The position numbers and the translations under genes were made by a program. The notes below the pieces were generated by a model. The model was not told the origin of the DNA, did not search any database, and saw only the letters and a list, made by a program, of their open reading frames with translations. A DNA stretch of 64,000 nucleotides from an uncultured Gemmatimonadales bacterium (GTDB lineage: Bacteria > Gemmatimonadota > Gemmatimonadetes > Longimicrobiales > Longimicrobiaceae): assembly GCA_963716255.1 (NCBI GenBank), contig OY970303.1:5408001-5472000 (forward strand), written 5' to 3'. Below are positions 20,716-30,581 of the stretch, one piece after another (the first letter of the stretch is position 1; the number at the start of each line of letters is the position of its first letter).

Positions 20716-22161
20716 ATGCCGCTTCAATTCTACAACACGCTCACCCGGCGCCTGGAGGAGTTCGTCCCCCTGGCGGAGGGCAGGGTGGGGATGTACACCT
20801 GCGGCCCCACCATCTACGCGCCGCCGCACATCGGCAACCTGCGCACCTTCTTCTTCGCGGACGTGCTGCACCGGTACCTGGAGTACCGGGGCTACGAGGT
20901 CCGCTTCGTCATGAACCTGACGGACGTGGACGACAAGACCATCCGCGGCGCCAACCAGAAGGGGGTGGCGCTGGGGGAGTACACGGAGCCGTTCGCCGAA
21001 ATCCTCTTCGACAACTTCCGCACGCTGGGGATCGCCCCGGCGGACGTGTACCCGCGCGCCACGCACTACGTGGACGGGATGGTGGAGCTGATCCGCCGGC
21101 TGGAGGAGCGGGGGATCGCCTACGCGGTGGAGGGATCGGTCTACTACGACATCTCCAAGTTCCCGGGATACGGCAAGCTGTCCAGGGTGGACCTGGACGC
21201 GGGCCGGAAGGGGGAGCGCGTGGTGGCCGACGAGTACGAGAAGGGCGACGCGCGCGACTTCGCCCTGTGGAAGGCGGCGAAGCCGGAGGACGAGGCGGTG
21301 GGCGCGGTGTGGGACACGCCCTGGGGCCGCGGCCGCCCGGGGTGGCACATCGAGTGCTCGGTGATGAGCATGCAGGAGCTGGGGGAAACGTTCGACATCC
21401 ACTGCGGCGGGGTGGACCTGACCTTCCCGCACCACGAGGACGAGATCGCGCAGTCGGAGGGCGCTACGGGCAGGGAGTTCGTGCGCTACTGGCTGCACGG
21501 TGAGTTCCTGCAGATGGACGGCGAGAAGATGGCGAAGTCGGTGGGCAACGTCGCCAACCTCCAGGACCTGGTGGGGCAGGGGGTGCGGCCGTCGTCCATC
21601 CGCTACCTGTTCCTGACGGCGCACTACCGGAGCAAGCTCAACTTCAGCATGGAGGGGCTGGCCGCCGCCGCCGAGGCGGTGCGCCGGGTGCGCGACACGC
21701 GCAACCGCCTGCGCGAGCACCCGGCGGTGCCGCACCCGGGCGCGGACGACGTGCCGGTGCTGCACCGCGCGGCGGACACCGCGCTCGCGAAGTTCGCGGA
21801 GGCGATGGACGACGACCTGAACACCAGCGTGGCGCTGGCGGCGCTGCATACCTTCGTGCCGGAGGTGAACGCGCGGCTTGACGCGCTGGGGACGCGGCCC
21901 GTCAGCGAGGCGGAGCGGGACGCGGCGCTCGCCGTCTTCGAGCGGGTGGACGGCGTCTTCATGTTCGTGGCATTGGCGGACCGGGAGGACGTGGTGGACC
22001 CGGAGCTGGCGGCGTGGGTGGAGGAGCGGATCGAGGCGCGGCAGGCGGCGCGGCAGGCGCGGGACTTCGCGCGGTCGGACGCGATCCGGGACGAGCTGGC
22101 GGCGCGCGGGATCGTGGTGGAGGACACGCCGCAGGGGCCGCGCTGGAAGAAGTCGGCTTGA
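20716..22161 (+). CDS. cysS: Cysteine--tRNA ligase
   Basis: YTCGPT, HIGN, DFALWK, GRPGWHIECS, HHEDE, KMAKS. Confidence 0.97.
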   Translation: MPLQFYNTLTRRLEEFVPLAEGRVGMYTCGPTIYAPPHIGNLRTFFFADVLHRYLEYRGYEVRFVMNLTDVDDKTIRGANQKGVALGEYTEPFAEILFDNFRTLGIAPADVYPRATHYVDGMVELIRRLEERGIAYAVEGSVYYDISKFPGYGKLSRVDLDAGRKGERVVADEYEKGDARDFALWKAAKPEDEAVGAVWDTPWGRGRPGWHIECSVMSMQELGETFDIHCGGVDLTFPHHEDEIAQSEGATGREFVRYWLHGEFLQMDGEKMAKSVGNVANLQDLVGQGVRPSSIRYLFLTAHYRSKLNFSMEGLAAAAEAVRRVRDTRNRLREHPAVPHPGADDVPVLHRAADTALAKFAEAMDDDLNTSVALAALHTFVPEVNARLDALGTRPVSEAERDAALAVFERVDGVFMFVALADREDVVDPELAAWVEERIEARQAARQARDFARSDAIRDELAARGIVVEDTPQGPRWKKSA

Positions 22162-22186
22162 CCCAAACGGGGCTCCGGCTTAGCTT
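22158..22186 (+). promoter_or_regulatory. Sigma70 promoter for tRNA-Thr(TGT)
   Basis: TTGACC-N17-TAGCTT overlapping the cysS stop codon. Confidence 0.6.
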
Positions 22187-22226
22187 TGCTCGCCCGTCCG
22201 GCCCGGTGTGGACGGGCGGGCGATCC

Positions 22227-22299
22227 GCCACCTTAGCTCAGTCGGTAGAGCAACGCACTTGTAATGCGTAGGTCGTCGGTTCGATTCCGACAGGTGGCT
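22227..22299 (+). tRNA. tRNA-Thr(TGT)
   Basis: GCCACCTTAGCTCAGTCGGTAGAGC..ACGCA-CTTGTAA-TGCGT..GGTTCGATTCC..AGGTGGCT. Confidence 0.95.
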
Positions 22300-22477
22300 C
22301 TGGGTTGGGAGCTGGAACTCTAGAGTACCGTTGAGAACGGCATCCCTTTCACACCGGATGCCGTTTTCGTTCTAGTAGCCGGGGTGGATCATTGGGTGAG
22401 TTGCCCATCCTCAACTGTTGAAGTACAACACAACTACCACATTCGACGTGAGCCATTGCGGAGAGACATAAATTCAA

Positions 22478-23506
22478 ATGAGCAAGTCCCACGGGATCTA
22501 TCCTCAAGAGTCTGGTAGGAAGCCAGAGGGAATTGCCTATTTTGGAATTTTTCCGTTCCACATCTATTGTAGTGCTCGCGCTGGTCTGCCATTCCGGGCC
22601 GTTGTTGATGGGAGGGCACTTCGGGTTTACTGGCCATTCACTAATGGTCCCTTGGAGGCCGAGCGAGTGAACTGGTCTGCGGTGCCGTATATGCCAGGTT
22701 CCCGACCGCTTTCAGCTGCCATCCCATCCGTTGGTATTACGAGCCGATACAATTGGCCTGAACCTGCTACAGCAGCGAATGCCCTGCGTGTCGATTTCTT
22801 TCCAACGGCTTGGAATCAGGCGGCTATCGCTCCAGTAGTGCGTTTGCTGGGACTTCTGAGGTGGTTTACAGGCCAATGGTGGATCACCCGCGACATGAGG
22901 TTCTCCACATATCCAGGATCAACTGCCCTATCCGTGGACGCGAAAGGGAACCCGATGGGAAGCGTCTGGGGGACAACTAGTTTGCGCGGGCTTCATCAAA
23001 TAGAAAGGTTGTTGACTCCAGAGGACTTCCTCGCCGTCGGAGAAGCATTCAACCGCGGTGAGGCCATACCCTATTCATTTGATGTATTCTGCGACTCTCT
23101 TTACTTCCATGCGGTAGGGGATGAACGTCGATTTATTATGGATGCTAGCATCGCATGTGAGGCCGCCATTTGGGAGCTTGCACAAAAGCGTGCAGCGGAT
23201 AAGGGAATATCAGAGGACCACATTCCTCGATATTTGGAGAGGTTATTGAAAAAATCAAACCTAATCTTCAACTTAGATGAGGGGCTTCGTGCTGTGGCCG
23301 GTGCCTCGTTCAAGGATTACTCTGAGGATGGATTCGACCTGATTTCCCGGATGTGGGCAGCTCGCGGGCTCGTAGCTCACGGACAGCCGCTCCGGTCCCG
23401 CAAAGAAACTGTTGGGTGGTTCACCGAAGAAGATACAGCGAACATTTCTGAAGCTGTTCGTAACCTCTTCGTCTGGTTACAGGATGAGCTTGGATGGTGT
23501 GGATAA
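22478..23506 (+). CDS. Lower-GC hypothetical protein with C-terminal HEPN-like (ApeA-type) motif
   Basis: Single long ORF in a visibly lower-GC patch; ASIACEAAI helix and MWAARGLVAHG (R-x4-H). Confidence 0.65.
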   Translation: MSKSHGIYPQESGRKPEGIAYFGIFPFHIYCSARAGLPFRAVVDGRALRVYWPFTNGPLEAERVNWSAVPYMPGSRPLSAAIPSVGITSRYNWPEPATAANALRVDFFPTAWNQAAIAPVVRLLGLLRWFTGQWWITRDMRFSTYPGSTALSVDAKGNPMGSVWGTTSLRGLHQIERLLTPEDFLAVGEAFNRGEAIPYSFDVFCDSLYFHAVGDERRFIMDASIACEAAIWELAQKRAADKGISEDHIPRYLERLLKKSNLIFNLDEGLRAVAGASFKDYSEDGFDLISRMWAARGLVAHGQPLRSRKETVGWFTEEDTANISEAVRNLFVWLQDELGWCG

Positions 23507-23618
23507 ATCAAGGGTATGATGGACGCCTATTGTTCCGCCTCCGTATTGTCACACCAAGATTAGTGGGTAACAACCACGACCTTAACCATTTTCCTAGCTG
23601 GCCTCTTGTGCCTCGGAG

Positions 23619-23648
23619 TTGACGAAGCGGCATGCTTGGCCGTACATT
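23619..23648 (+). promoter_or_regulatory. Putative sigma70 promoter for tRNA-Gly
   Basis: TTGACG-N18-TACATT. Confidence 0.5.
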
Positions 23649-23689
23649 TAGCCTTCTTCCGGTCAGGTGTTTCTACGCCGGAAGGCCGC

Positions 23690-23762
23690 GCGGGAGTAGC
23701 TCAGTTGGTAGAGCATTAGCCTTCCAAGCTAAGGGTCGCGGGTTCGAGTCCCGTCTCCCGCT
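23690..23762 (+). tRNA. tRNA-Gly(TCC)
   Basis: GCGGGAGTAGCTCAGTTGGTAGAGC..TTAGC-CTTCCAA-GCTAA..GGTTCGAGTCC..CTCCCGCT. Confidence 0.95.
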
Positions 23763-23776
23763 TCGCTGTAAACAAG

Positions 23777-23815
23777 AACCCCGGCGCCGCTTTTGCGGTG
23801 CCGGGGTTTGGTTTT
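23777..23815 (+). terminator. Rho-independent terminator after tRNA-Gly
   Basis: AACCCCGGCGCCGC-TTTT-GCGGTGCCGGGGTT followed by a T-rich tail. Confidence 0.7.
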
Positions 23816-23873
23816 CTGTCCGTCAGATCGCTTCAGGGGTCTGTTGCAGCTGTCCATTACCCTCGACGGTTCG

Positions 23874-24113
23874 TCAGGGCCGTTCCCGTTCCTGCTCGTC
23901 CGCCGCCACGTACTCCTCCCAGCGCTCCGAGAAATCGGTTGGACCGTCAATCTCCAGGGATTGCGCGAGTTGGAGGAACGTGCTTGCCTGGCGCTCCGCC
24001 GGAGACGACTCCCGGATCGTCACCTCGACAGGAACGTGCAGCGGAAGCCCGACCGGCTCGTCCAGCCGAAGTACCGTCGGACTCTCCAGCACACCCCGTA
24101 TGGTCCTGATCAT
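23874..24113 (-). CDS. Putative antitoxin (DUF104/AF2212-like), no adjacent toxin
   Basis: MIRTIRGVLESPTVLRLDEPVGLP...VEVTI beta-rich N-terminus and DGPTDFSERWEEY acidic tail; RBS AAAGGAG. Confidence 0.6.
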   Translation of the reverse strand: MIRTIRGVLESPTVLRLDEPVGLPLHVPVEVTIRESSPAERQASTFLQLAQSLEIDGPTDFSERWEEYVAADEQERERP

Positions 24114-24423
24114 TCTGGCTCCTTTCGTTGATGGGGCCACCGGCGTGCTTCCATCCTCACACGGCGGTTAGAGCCAATATTCGGCCACAGCGGAGCAGCC
24201 TGCACCTGGCGGGCCACCCATCCCGTCCCGCTGAAGCGCCCACCACCCGCGCTGGCAGATGCGGGAGCGAACGCGCACGTCGTCGTTGCGTCCCCGCCCC
24301 CGCCGATTTAACCTGCATCGAGCCCGGCAACCCGCGTCACCCCCCGCCCGGCACCGACGGATCCACACCCCGCACCTCCCAGCGCTTCAGCCCGCACACC
24401 CGCTCCCGGTGGAGAACCCGACC

Positions 24424-25677
24424 GTGGTGGATTCCGCTGAACTCTCGCGGCTGCGCATCTCGCGCGCACCGCCCTCCAACGCCCCGCGCCGCACCCGTCG
24501 CACGCTCGTGCTCGCCGTCGGAGTCGTGGCGATCGCTCTCTTGGCGGCCGCCCTCGCCTTTGGAGCCCGCGAGCGACCGCTCGAGGTGCGGACCGCGACC
24601 GCCGCGCTGCGCGGCGGCGGCGCGGGCGGCGGCGGGCTCACCGCCAACGGCTACGTCGTCGCCCGGACCAAGGCGTCCGTCTCCTCCAAGGTCCCGGGGC
24701 GCCTCGCGTCGCTCGCCTACGAGGAGGGCGACCGCGTCCCCGTCGGCGCGGTGATCGCCCGGCTCGACGCCGCCGAGTACGAGGCGGCCGTGCGCCAGGC
24801 GGCCTCGGAGCGGCTGGCGGTGGAGGCCGCGAGCCACGAGGCGGAAGCCGGCATGGCGCAGGCGCGGCGCGCGCTGGCGAGAGCGCGCTCGCTGGCGGGC
24901 GCGTCGCTCGTCGCGCCCCAGGAGCTGGAGGACGCGGAGACCGGCGTGCAGGTGGCCGAGTCCCGGCGGCGCGCCGCGTCCGCCCGTCTCGCCGCGGCCC
25001 GCCAGGCGGTGGCCATCGCGGACGCGAACCTGGAGAACACCCGGGTCCGGGCACCCTTCACCGGCACCGTGCTCCGCAAGGACGCGGAGGTCGGCGAGGT
25101 CGTGGCTCCCTCCGTCGGCGGCGGCCTCACCCGCGGCGCCGTGGTCACCATGGCCGACCTTTCCACCCTCGAGGTGGAGGTGGACGTGAACGAGGCCTAC
25201 ATCGCCACCATCCGTCACGGACAGCCCGCGGCCGTCGTCCTCGACGCCTACCCCGGAGAGAGGTTCCCCGGCCGCGTGCGGCAGGTGGTCCCCACCGCCG
25301 ACCGGCAGAAGGCGACGGTGCTCGTCCGCGTCGCCATCGACAGCCCGGACCCGCGGATCCTGCCGGAGATGGGCGCCCGCGTGGAGTTCCGGGAAGAAGC
25401 TGCCGGAAAGGACGGGGCGGGCGCCGCGGCGCGATCGCGGGTCTTCGCCCCCGCCGCGGCGGTGCGGGTCGAGGGAGCGGAGACGGTGGTGTACGTCGTC
25501 CGCGCCGGCCGCGCCGTGCGGCGCGTCGTGGAAGCAGCTCCCGTGAGCGGGGGAGAGCGGGAAATCCGCTCGGGACTGAGCGGGGGCGAGACCCTGGTGC
25601 TCGAGCCCCCGCCCGAACTGACGAGCGACGCGCCGGTGCGCGTCGCGCCGGGCAACGCCAACCGGGAGGCCCCATGA
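24424..25677 (+). CDS. Periplasmic adaptor (MacA/HlyD-like) of an ABC exporter
   Basis: N-terminal [41 protein letters not shown]; start GTG approximate. Confidence 0.9.
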   Translation: MVDSAELSRLRISRAPPSNAPRRTRRTLVLAVGVVAIALLAAALAFGARERPLEVRTATAALRGGGAGGGGLTANGYVVARTKASVSSKVPGRLASLAYEEGDRVPVGAVIARLDAAEYEAAVRQAASERLAVEAASHEAEAGMAQARRALARARSLAGASLVAPQELEDAETGVQVAESRRRAASARLAAARQAVAIADANLENTRVRAPFTGTVLRKDAEVGEVVAPSVGGGLTRGAVVTMADLSTLEVEVDVNEAYIATIRHGQPAAVVLDAYPGERFPGRVRQVVPTADRQKATVLVRVAIDSPDPRILPEMGARVEFREEAAGKDGAGAAARSRVFAPAAAVRVEGAETVVYVVRAGRAVRRVVEAAPVSGGEREIRSGLSGGETLVLEPPPELTSDAPVRVAPGNANREAP

Positions 25678-26378
25678 TGCCGCTCGTAGAGGTGCGGGAC
25701 GTCAGCAAGGTGTACCACCGCGACAGCGTCGAGGTCCCGGTCCTGGACCGGCTGAGCCTGACCATCGCCGAGGGGGAGTTCCTGGCGCTCATGGGGCCGT
25801 CCGGGAGCGGCAAGAGCACGCTCCTCAACCTGCTGGCCGGGCTCGACCTGCCCAGCTCCGGCAGCGTCGTGGTCGCGGGGCAGGACCTCACGACGCTCCG
25901 GCCGAAACAGCTGGCGGGGTGGAGGGCCCGCCACGTCGGCTTCATCTTCCAGCTCTACAACCTGATCCCCGTCCTCACCGCCCTGCAGAACGTGGAGCTC
26001 CCGCTCCTCCTGACCCCGCTGGGGAGGAAGGAGCGGCGCGAGCACGCCGAGACGGCGCTCCGCGTCGTCGGGCTCGAGGACCGCATGGGCCACTACCCGC
26101 GGCAGCTTTCCGGCGGCCAGGAGCAGCGGGTGGGGATCGCCCGCGCGATCGCCACCGATCCCACCCTCATCCTCGCCGACGAGCCCACGGGCGACCTGGA
26201 CGCGCGCTCGGCCGGGGAGATCCTCGACCTGCTGGAGCGCCTCAACGCCGAGTTCCACAAGACCATCGTCATGGTCACCCACGACCCGCAGGCGGCGAAG
26301 CGCGCCGGCCGCACCCTGCACCTGGAGAAGGGCGCCCTGCTGGAGGCCGCCGGCGAGCCGGTCGGCGCGGTGCCGTGA
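25674..26378 (+). CDS. ABC transporter ATP-binding protein (LolD/MacB type)
   Basis: [28 protein letters not shown]. Confidence 0.95.
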   Translation: MMPLVEVRDVSKVYHRDSVEVPVLDRLSLTIAEGEFLALMGPSGSGKSTLLNLLAGLDLPSSGSVVVAGQDLTTLRPKQLAGWRARHVGFIFQLYNLIPVLTALQNVELPLLLTPLGRKERREHAETALRVVGLEDRMGHYPRQLSGGQEQRVGIARAIATDPTLILADEPTGDLDARSAGEILDLLERLNAEFHKTIVMVTHDPQAAKRAGRTLHLEKGALLEAAGEPVGAVP

Positions 26379-27526
26379 CCCGGTCGACGCTGGTGGCGGC
26401 GAACCTGCGGCGCCGCACGCGGCGCACCGTCCTGACCGTGCTCGGGCTCGCGGTCGCCCTCTTCCTCTTCGTCACCCTGCGGACCTTCCTCCACACCCTC
26501 CAGACGGTCGGAGACGTGGGGAGCGAGTCCCGCCTGGTCGTCAGCAACAAGCTGGGGATCATCTTTCCTCTCCCCCTCGCCTACGGCAGCCGGCTGCGGG
26601 GCCTGGACGGCGTCCATACCGTGAGCTACGCCTCCTGGTTCGGGGGGATCTACCAGGACCCGAGCAACTTCTTCGCCAACTTCGCAATCGAGCCGGAGAG
26701 CTACTTCGCCCTCTACCCGGAGATGGTGATCGCCCCCGCAGACCGGACGGCGTTCCTGGCGGACCGGACGGGCGCCCTGGTGGGCGTGCGGCTGCTGGAG
26801 CGCTTCGGGTGGAAGCCCGGCCAGACGGTCACCCTCCGCGGCACCATCTACCCCGGGGAGCACCGCTTCACCATCCGGGGCGTCTACCACGCGGGGAAGA
26901 AGGGGTTCGACGAGAGCTCGCTCGTCTTCCACCACCGCTACCTGGAGGAGATCGGCCGCGCCCAGGGCGGCGAGGGCTCCACCGGCTGGTACGTTCTCGG
27001 GGTGGCCGACCCGACCCGGGCGCCGGAGATCGCCTCCACCATCGACGGCTTCTACGAGAACTCGTCCGCGCCGACCCGGTCGCAGACCGAAAAAGCGTTC
27101 AACCTGGCGTTCGTCGGTCTGTACGGGAACATCGGCTTCCTCCTCAACGCCATCGGGATGGCCGTGGTCTTCGCCATCCTCCTGGTCGCGGCGAACACCA
27201 TGGCCATGTCGGCGCGGGAGCGCTTCGGTGAGATCGCGGTGCTCAAGTCGCTCGGCTTCACGGACGGCGACGTCGCGCGCATGGTGTTCACGGAGGCGCT
27301 GGTGATCGCCGGGCTGGGGCTCCTCCTCGGCCTCGGCGGCGCCCTCCTGGCCTTCAACGTGGTGGAGTTCGACCTCGGGGGATTCGTCCCCGGCCTGACG
27401 GTCACGCCGGTGATCATGGCGGTGGCCGCGGCAATCGCCCTGGTGATCGCGCTGGCCAGCGGCGCCGGGCCCGCCTGGCAGTCGGCGCGGCTCCGCGTGG
27501 TCGACGCGCTGAGGTACGTCGCATGA
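26375..27526 (+). CDS. ABC transporter permease (MacB/FtsX family)
   Basis: [37 protein letters not shown] overlaps the upstream TGA. Confidence 0.9.
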   Translation: MTRSTLVAANLRRRTRRTVLTVLGLAVALFLFVTLRTFLHTLQTVGDVGSESRLVVSNKLGIIFPLPLAYGSRLRGLDGVHTVSYASWFGGIYQDPSNFFANFAIEPESYFALYPEMVIAPADRTAFLADRTGALVGVRLLERFGWKPGQTVTLRGTIYPGEHRFTIRGVYHAGKKGFDESSLVFHHRYLEEIGRAQGGEGSTGWYVLGVADPTRAPEIASTIDGFYENSSAPTRSQTEKAFNLAFVGLYGNIGFLLNAIGMAVVFAILLVAANTMAMSARERFGEIAVLKSLGFTDGDVARMVFTEALVIAGLGLLLGLGGALLAFNVVEFDLGGFVPGLTVTPVIMAVAAAIALVIALASGAGPAWQSARLRVVDALRYVA

Positions 27527-28686
27527 AGATCCCCCTGATCTACAACGTGCGCAGCGTGCTGCACCGCCCCGTCACCAGCCTGGCGACGGCGCTCGGCATC
27601 GCGCTGGTGGTGGTCACCTTCGTGGGAATGCTGGCGCTCTCCAACGGGTTCCGGGCCGCGCTCATCTCCACGGGGCGGCCGGAGAACGTCCTGCTGCTCC
27701 GCAAGGGCGCCGACGCGGAGATCTCCAGCGGGATCAGCCGGGAGCAGGCCGCGATTCTGCGCAGCTTCCCCGACTTCGCGAAGCTCCCCGATGGGCGGCC
27801 GATGGCCACGGCCGACGTCCTCGTCGTCGTCTCGAAGCCACGGCTGAACGGGACGGAGACGCACATGACCGTGCGCGGCGTCGGGCCGGAGGCCACCTCG
27901 GTCCGCGACGAGGTGCGGATCGTGGGCGGGCGGATGTTCGAGCCGGGGAGGGCGGAGGTGGTGGCGGGGAGGGGGCTGGTGGGACGGATGCGCGACGTGG
28001 AACTGGGCGACAGGCTGCGGCTGGGGCAGCAGGACTTCACCGTCGTCGGCCACTTCGCTGCGGAGGGCGGCGCCTTCGAGTCGGAGGTCTGGGGCGACGC
28101 GGAAACCCTGATGCCCGTGTTCCGCGGCCCCGTTTACCAGTCGATGGCGCTCCGCCTCGCCGACCCCGCCGCCTTCGCCGCCGCGAAGGCCCGCATCGAG
28201 GGCGACCCGCGACTCCAGCTCCAGGTCAAGCGCGAGTCCGAATTCTTCGCTGAGCAGTCCGCCCTGCTCAGCTCCATGCTCCGCTTCATCGCCATCTTCG
28301 TCACCTCGATCATGGCGATCGGGGCGGTCTTCGGGGCCATCAACACCATGGACGCCATGGTCGCCGCCCGCGGCCGGGAGATCGCGCTGCTCCAGACGCT
28401 CGGCTTCCGGCCCGGCAGCGTGCTCGCGTCCTTCCTGCTGGAAGCGGTGTTCCTGGCGCTGGTGGGCGGGCTGCTGGGGTGCCTGCTGGCGCTGCCGATC
28501 AACGGGATCCAGACCAGCACCACCAACTGGCAGTCGTTCGGGGAGCTGACCTTCGCCTTCCGCGTCACGCCCGGGATCCTCCTTCAGGGACTCGTCTTCG
28601 CGGTGGTCATGGGGCTCCTTGGCGGCTTCCTGCCGGCCCGGCGCGCCGCCAAGCAGGTGGTGGCGCTGGGGCTGCGCCGGGAGTGA
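27523..28686 (+). CDS. ABC transporter permease (MacB/FtsX family)
   Basis: NTMDAMVAARGREIALLQTLGF, GGFLPARRAA. Confidence 0.9.
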   Translation: MKIPLIYNVRSVLHRPVTSLATALGIALVVVTFVGMLALSNGFRAALISTGRPENVLLLRKGADAEISSGISREQAAILRSFPDFAKLPDGRPMATADVLVVVSKPRLNGTETHMTVRGVGPEATSVRDEVRIVGGRMFEPGRAEVVAGRGLVGRMRDVELGDRLRLGQQDFTVVGHFAAEGGAFESEVWGDAETLMPVFRGPVYQSMALRLADPAAFAAAKARIEGDPRLQLQVKRESEFFAEQSALLSSMLRFIAIFVTSIMAIGAVFGAINTMDAMVAARGREIALLQTLGFRPGSVLASFLLEAVFLALVGGLLGCLLALPINGIQTSTTNWQSFGELTFAFRVTPGILLQGLVFAVVMGLLGGFLPARRAAKQVVALGLRRE

Positions 28687-28763
28687 CGTTCGACGAGGCA
28701 GCCGCCTATCGTCGACGGCGCGACCGGGCGGAACGGGGCGGAGTGCTCCCCCCGCGTGGACGG

Positions 28764-28854
28764 GCCTTCCAAGCCAGGAGTCGCGGGTTCGAGTCCCATC
28801 TCCCGCTTCGTAACAATCAAGAACCCCGGCATCGCGAAAGCGGTGTCGGGGCTT
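28764..28854 (+). repeat. Duplicated 3' half of tRNA-Gly plus its terminator (att-like direct repeat)
   Basis: 28764-28810 matches 23719-23765 at 43/47 nt, beginning at the anticodon loop; followed by a homologous CAAGAACCCCGGC..GGGG hairpin. Confidence 0.85.
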
Positions 28855-28965
28855 CGCTGTTGGCGAGTATGACGCTCGGCGGACCAAAGTATGGCGCGTG
28901 CGGCACTGTCGGGGTTGTCCTGTCGCGGGGTGTTCTCGTCTGATTACACAACGCCGCGAGCATTG

Positions 28966-30333
28966 ATGGACGCCACGCCCGCAGTCACTTCGGACAAGCC
29001 GCAGAAGCAGACACCAGCAGGACGTCTCCGCACCATCGAGCCCATACCTCCTCCGCTGACCTGGAGAGAGGAAATCGACGCCATCAAAGACATGGCCGAT
29101 GCGCTCGCGGTGTCGCTCTGGCGAGCGCTGCGCAACGTGCGCATGTGGGCAGAGACGGAGCCGCAGAGGCGGCGGAACCTGTTCCATCCTCCCACGCGCA
29201 CCACGCTCGAAGCAATGGGCCTGGCGTGCGCGAAAGACCCGGAGCTGATCGAAGCGTTCGGCACTTTCTCTCTGCTCCTCCGGGCACCGCATCAGGCGCG
29301 GAAGGAACAGGTAGCCGATGCATGCCGGCAGGTTTTCGAATGGGCGGAAGAACGGTCGCTCCTGATGACGGCCGTGCACTTCGCGGAGGCGGCGGCTACC
29401 GCAGACCCGGAGCATCCTGCCCGTGCGAACGACGCGGGGCACATCTGCAGGCGCGCGGCGCTCAACGAGCGATCGGCCATCTGGTACCAGCGCGGCTTTG
29501 GCTTGGCCGTGCGGATCGGAGAGCGCCGGTCGATCCGGAGCCGAGTGGAGTCGATCAGGGCTCTTCTCGGATATGGGATCCTGATGCAGTTCCAGGGCCG
29601 GTACGAAGAGGCGAAGGCTTACTACGAGCGCGCCGTGCGAAGGGCGGTTCGCACAGGGCGGCAGCGGCAGGCGGCCCGTGCAAAGCACGATCTCCTCACG
29701 TTTGCGGCTGAAGTCGGAGCCTACGAGGAAGGAGAGCGCTACGCGACGGAGGCCCTGGACCTCTATCCCATCAACGATCCCCAGATTCCGGCTCTCGCGC
29801 ACGATTGGGCATTCCTGCTGATCCGCTTTCGCCATTTCACCCCGGTGATTCCCGTTCTTCAGCTCACGGCGCCCCACATTCAGGCACCGGAGATTCAGAC
29901 CCTTGTCTGGGGTAGTCTCGCGAGAGCAGCGGCCGGAGCGCGGAGGCGAGATCTGTTTGCCGAATCAGAGCGGAAGGTACTTCTGCGCGTCGCACAATAT
30001 GAGGAATACGCGTCCGCCGCCCTCATTCACCTTGCAGAAGGCGCGCGAGCATTTGGGCAGTGGGATCAGGCCGAGCAGTATGCAGAGAGGGCCGTAGAGA
30101 TTGCTCGAAATCGGAAGCAGGCGCTCCAAGAGCGCGATGCACTGGAGCTTCTACGGAGAATTGCGGGTCGGGAGGCAGCACCATCCGAGGGGGACCCGCC
30201 GAATCCTGACCGCGTTCGGATGCTGGCTCGCCGCTTCACCGCTCGTCTGCAAACATGGAAAGCCCTGGGCCCGCGAAAGCCCAGGGCCGATCCGGATATC
30301 TTCAGCGATTTTCCTGCGGAGGCGAAGTCCTAG
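28966..30333 (+). CDS. Tetratricopeptide-repeat-like helical protein (455 aa), no signal peptide
   Basis: TPR-like helices GRYEEAKAYYERAVRRA, GAYEEGERYATEALDLY, GQWDQAEQYAERAVEIA. Confidence 0.75.
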   Translation: MDATPAVTSDKPQKQTPAGRLRTIEPIPPPLTWREEIDAIKDMADALAVSLWRALRNVRMWAETEPQRRRNLFHPPTRTTLEAMGLACAKDPELIEAFGTFSLLLRAPHQARKEQVADACRQVFEWAEERSLLMTAVHFAEAAATADPEHPARANDAGHICRRAALNERSAIWYQRGFGLAVRIGERRSIRSRVESIRALLGYGILMQFQGRYEEAKAYYERAVRRAVRTGRQRQAARAKHDLLTFAAEVGAYEEGERYATEALDLYPINDPQIPALAHDWAFLLIRFRHFTPVIPVLQLTAPHIQAPEIQTLVWGSLARAAAGARRRDLFAESERKVLLRVAQYEEYASAALIHLAEGARAFGQWDQAEQYAERAVEIARNRKQALQERDALELLRRIAGREAAPSEGDPPNPDRVRMLARRFTARLQTWKALGPRKPRADPDIFSDFPAEAKS

Positions 30334-30581
30334 CTCCCTGAGCCGATCGTGTACCCTCCGCCGCGCTCGGTAGAGCTTCCGCCGGCCGGTGTCTCCGTGG
30401 TGGAGGTGCCGGCCGGCATGGTCTGGGTACTGTCCGGTTCTACCAAACGGCTGCCTGAGCCGATGGTGTATCCTCCTCCATCGAAGAGTGGACCCTCCGA
30501 TGCGAGGGGCGCCGTGTTGTTGCAGGCGGCGAGTCCGATGCCGAGCGCGGAAATCGCGAGAATGGTGCGCAAGTCCTTCAT
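30330..30581 (-). CDS. Small lipoprotein/peptide precursor (83 aa) with a duplicated GGGYTIGSGS motif
   Basis: RBS AGGA, MKDLRTILAISALGIGLAAC lipobox, motif at 30450-30479 and 30333-30362; stop overlaps the TPR gene stop. Confidence 0.8.
   Translation of the reverse strand: MKDLRTILAISALGIGLAACNNTAPLASEGPLFDGGGYTIGSGSRLVEPDSTQTMPAGTSTTETPAGGSSTERGGGYTIGSGS

Noticed and set aside
28764..28810. Second functional tRNA-Gly
   Set aside because: Only the anticodon loop to 3' end is present; there is no D arm or 5' acceptor strand.
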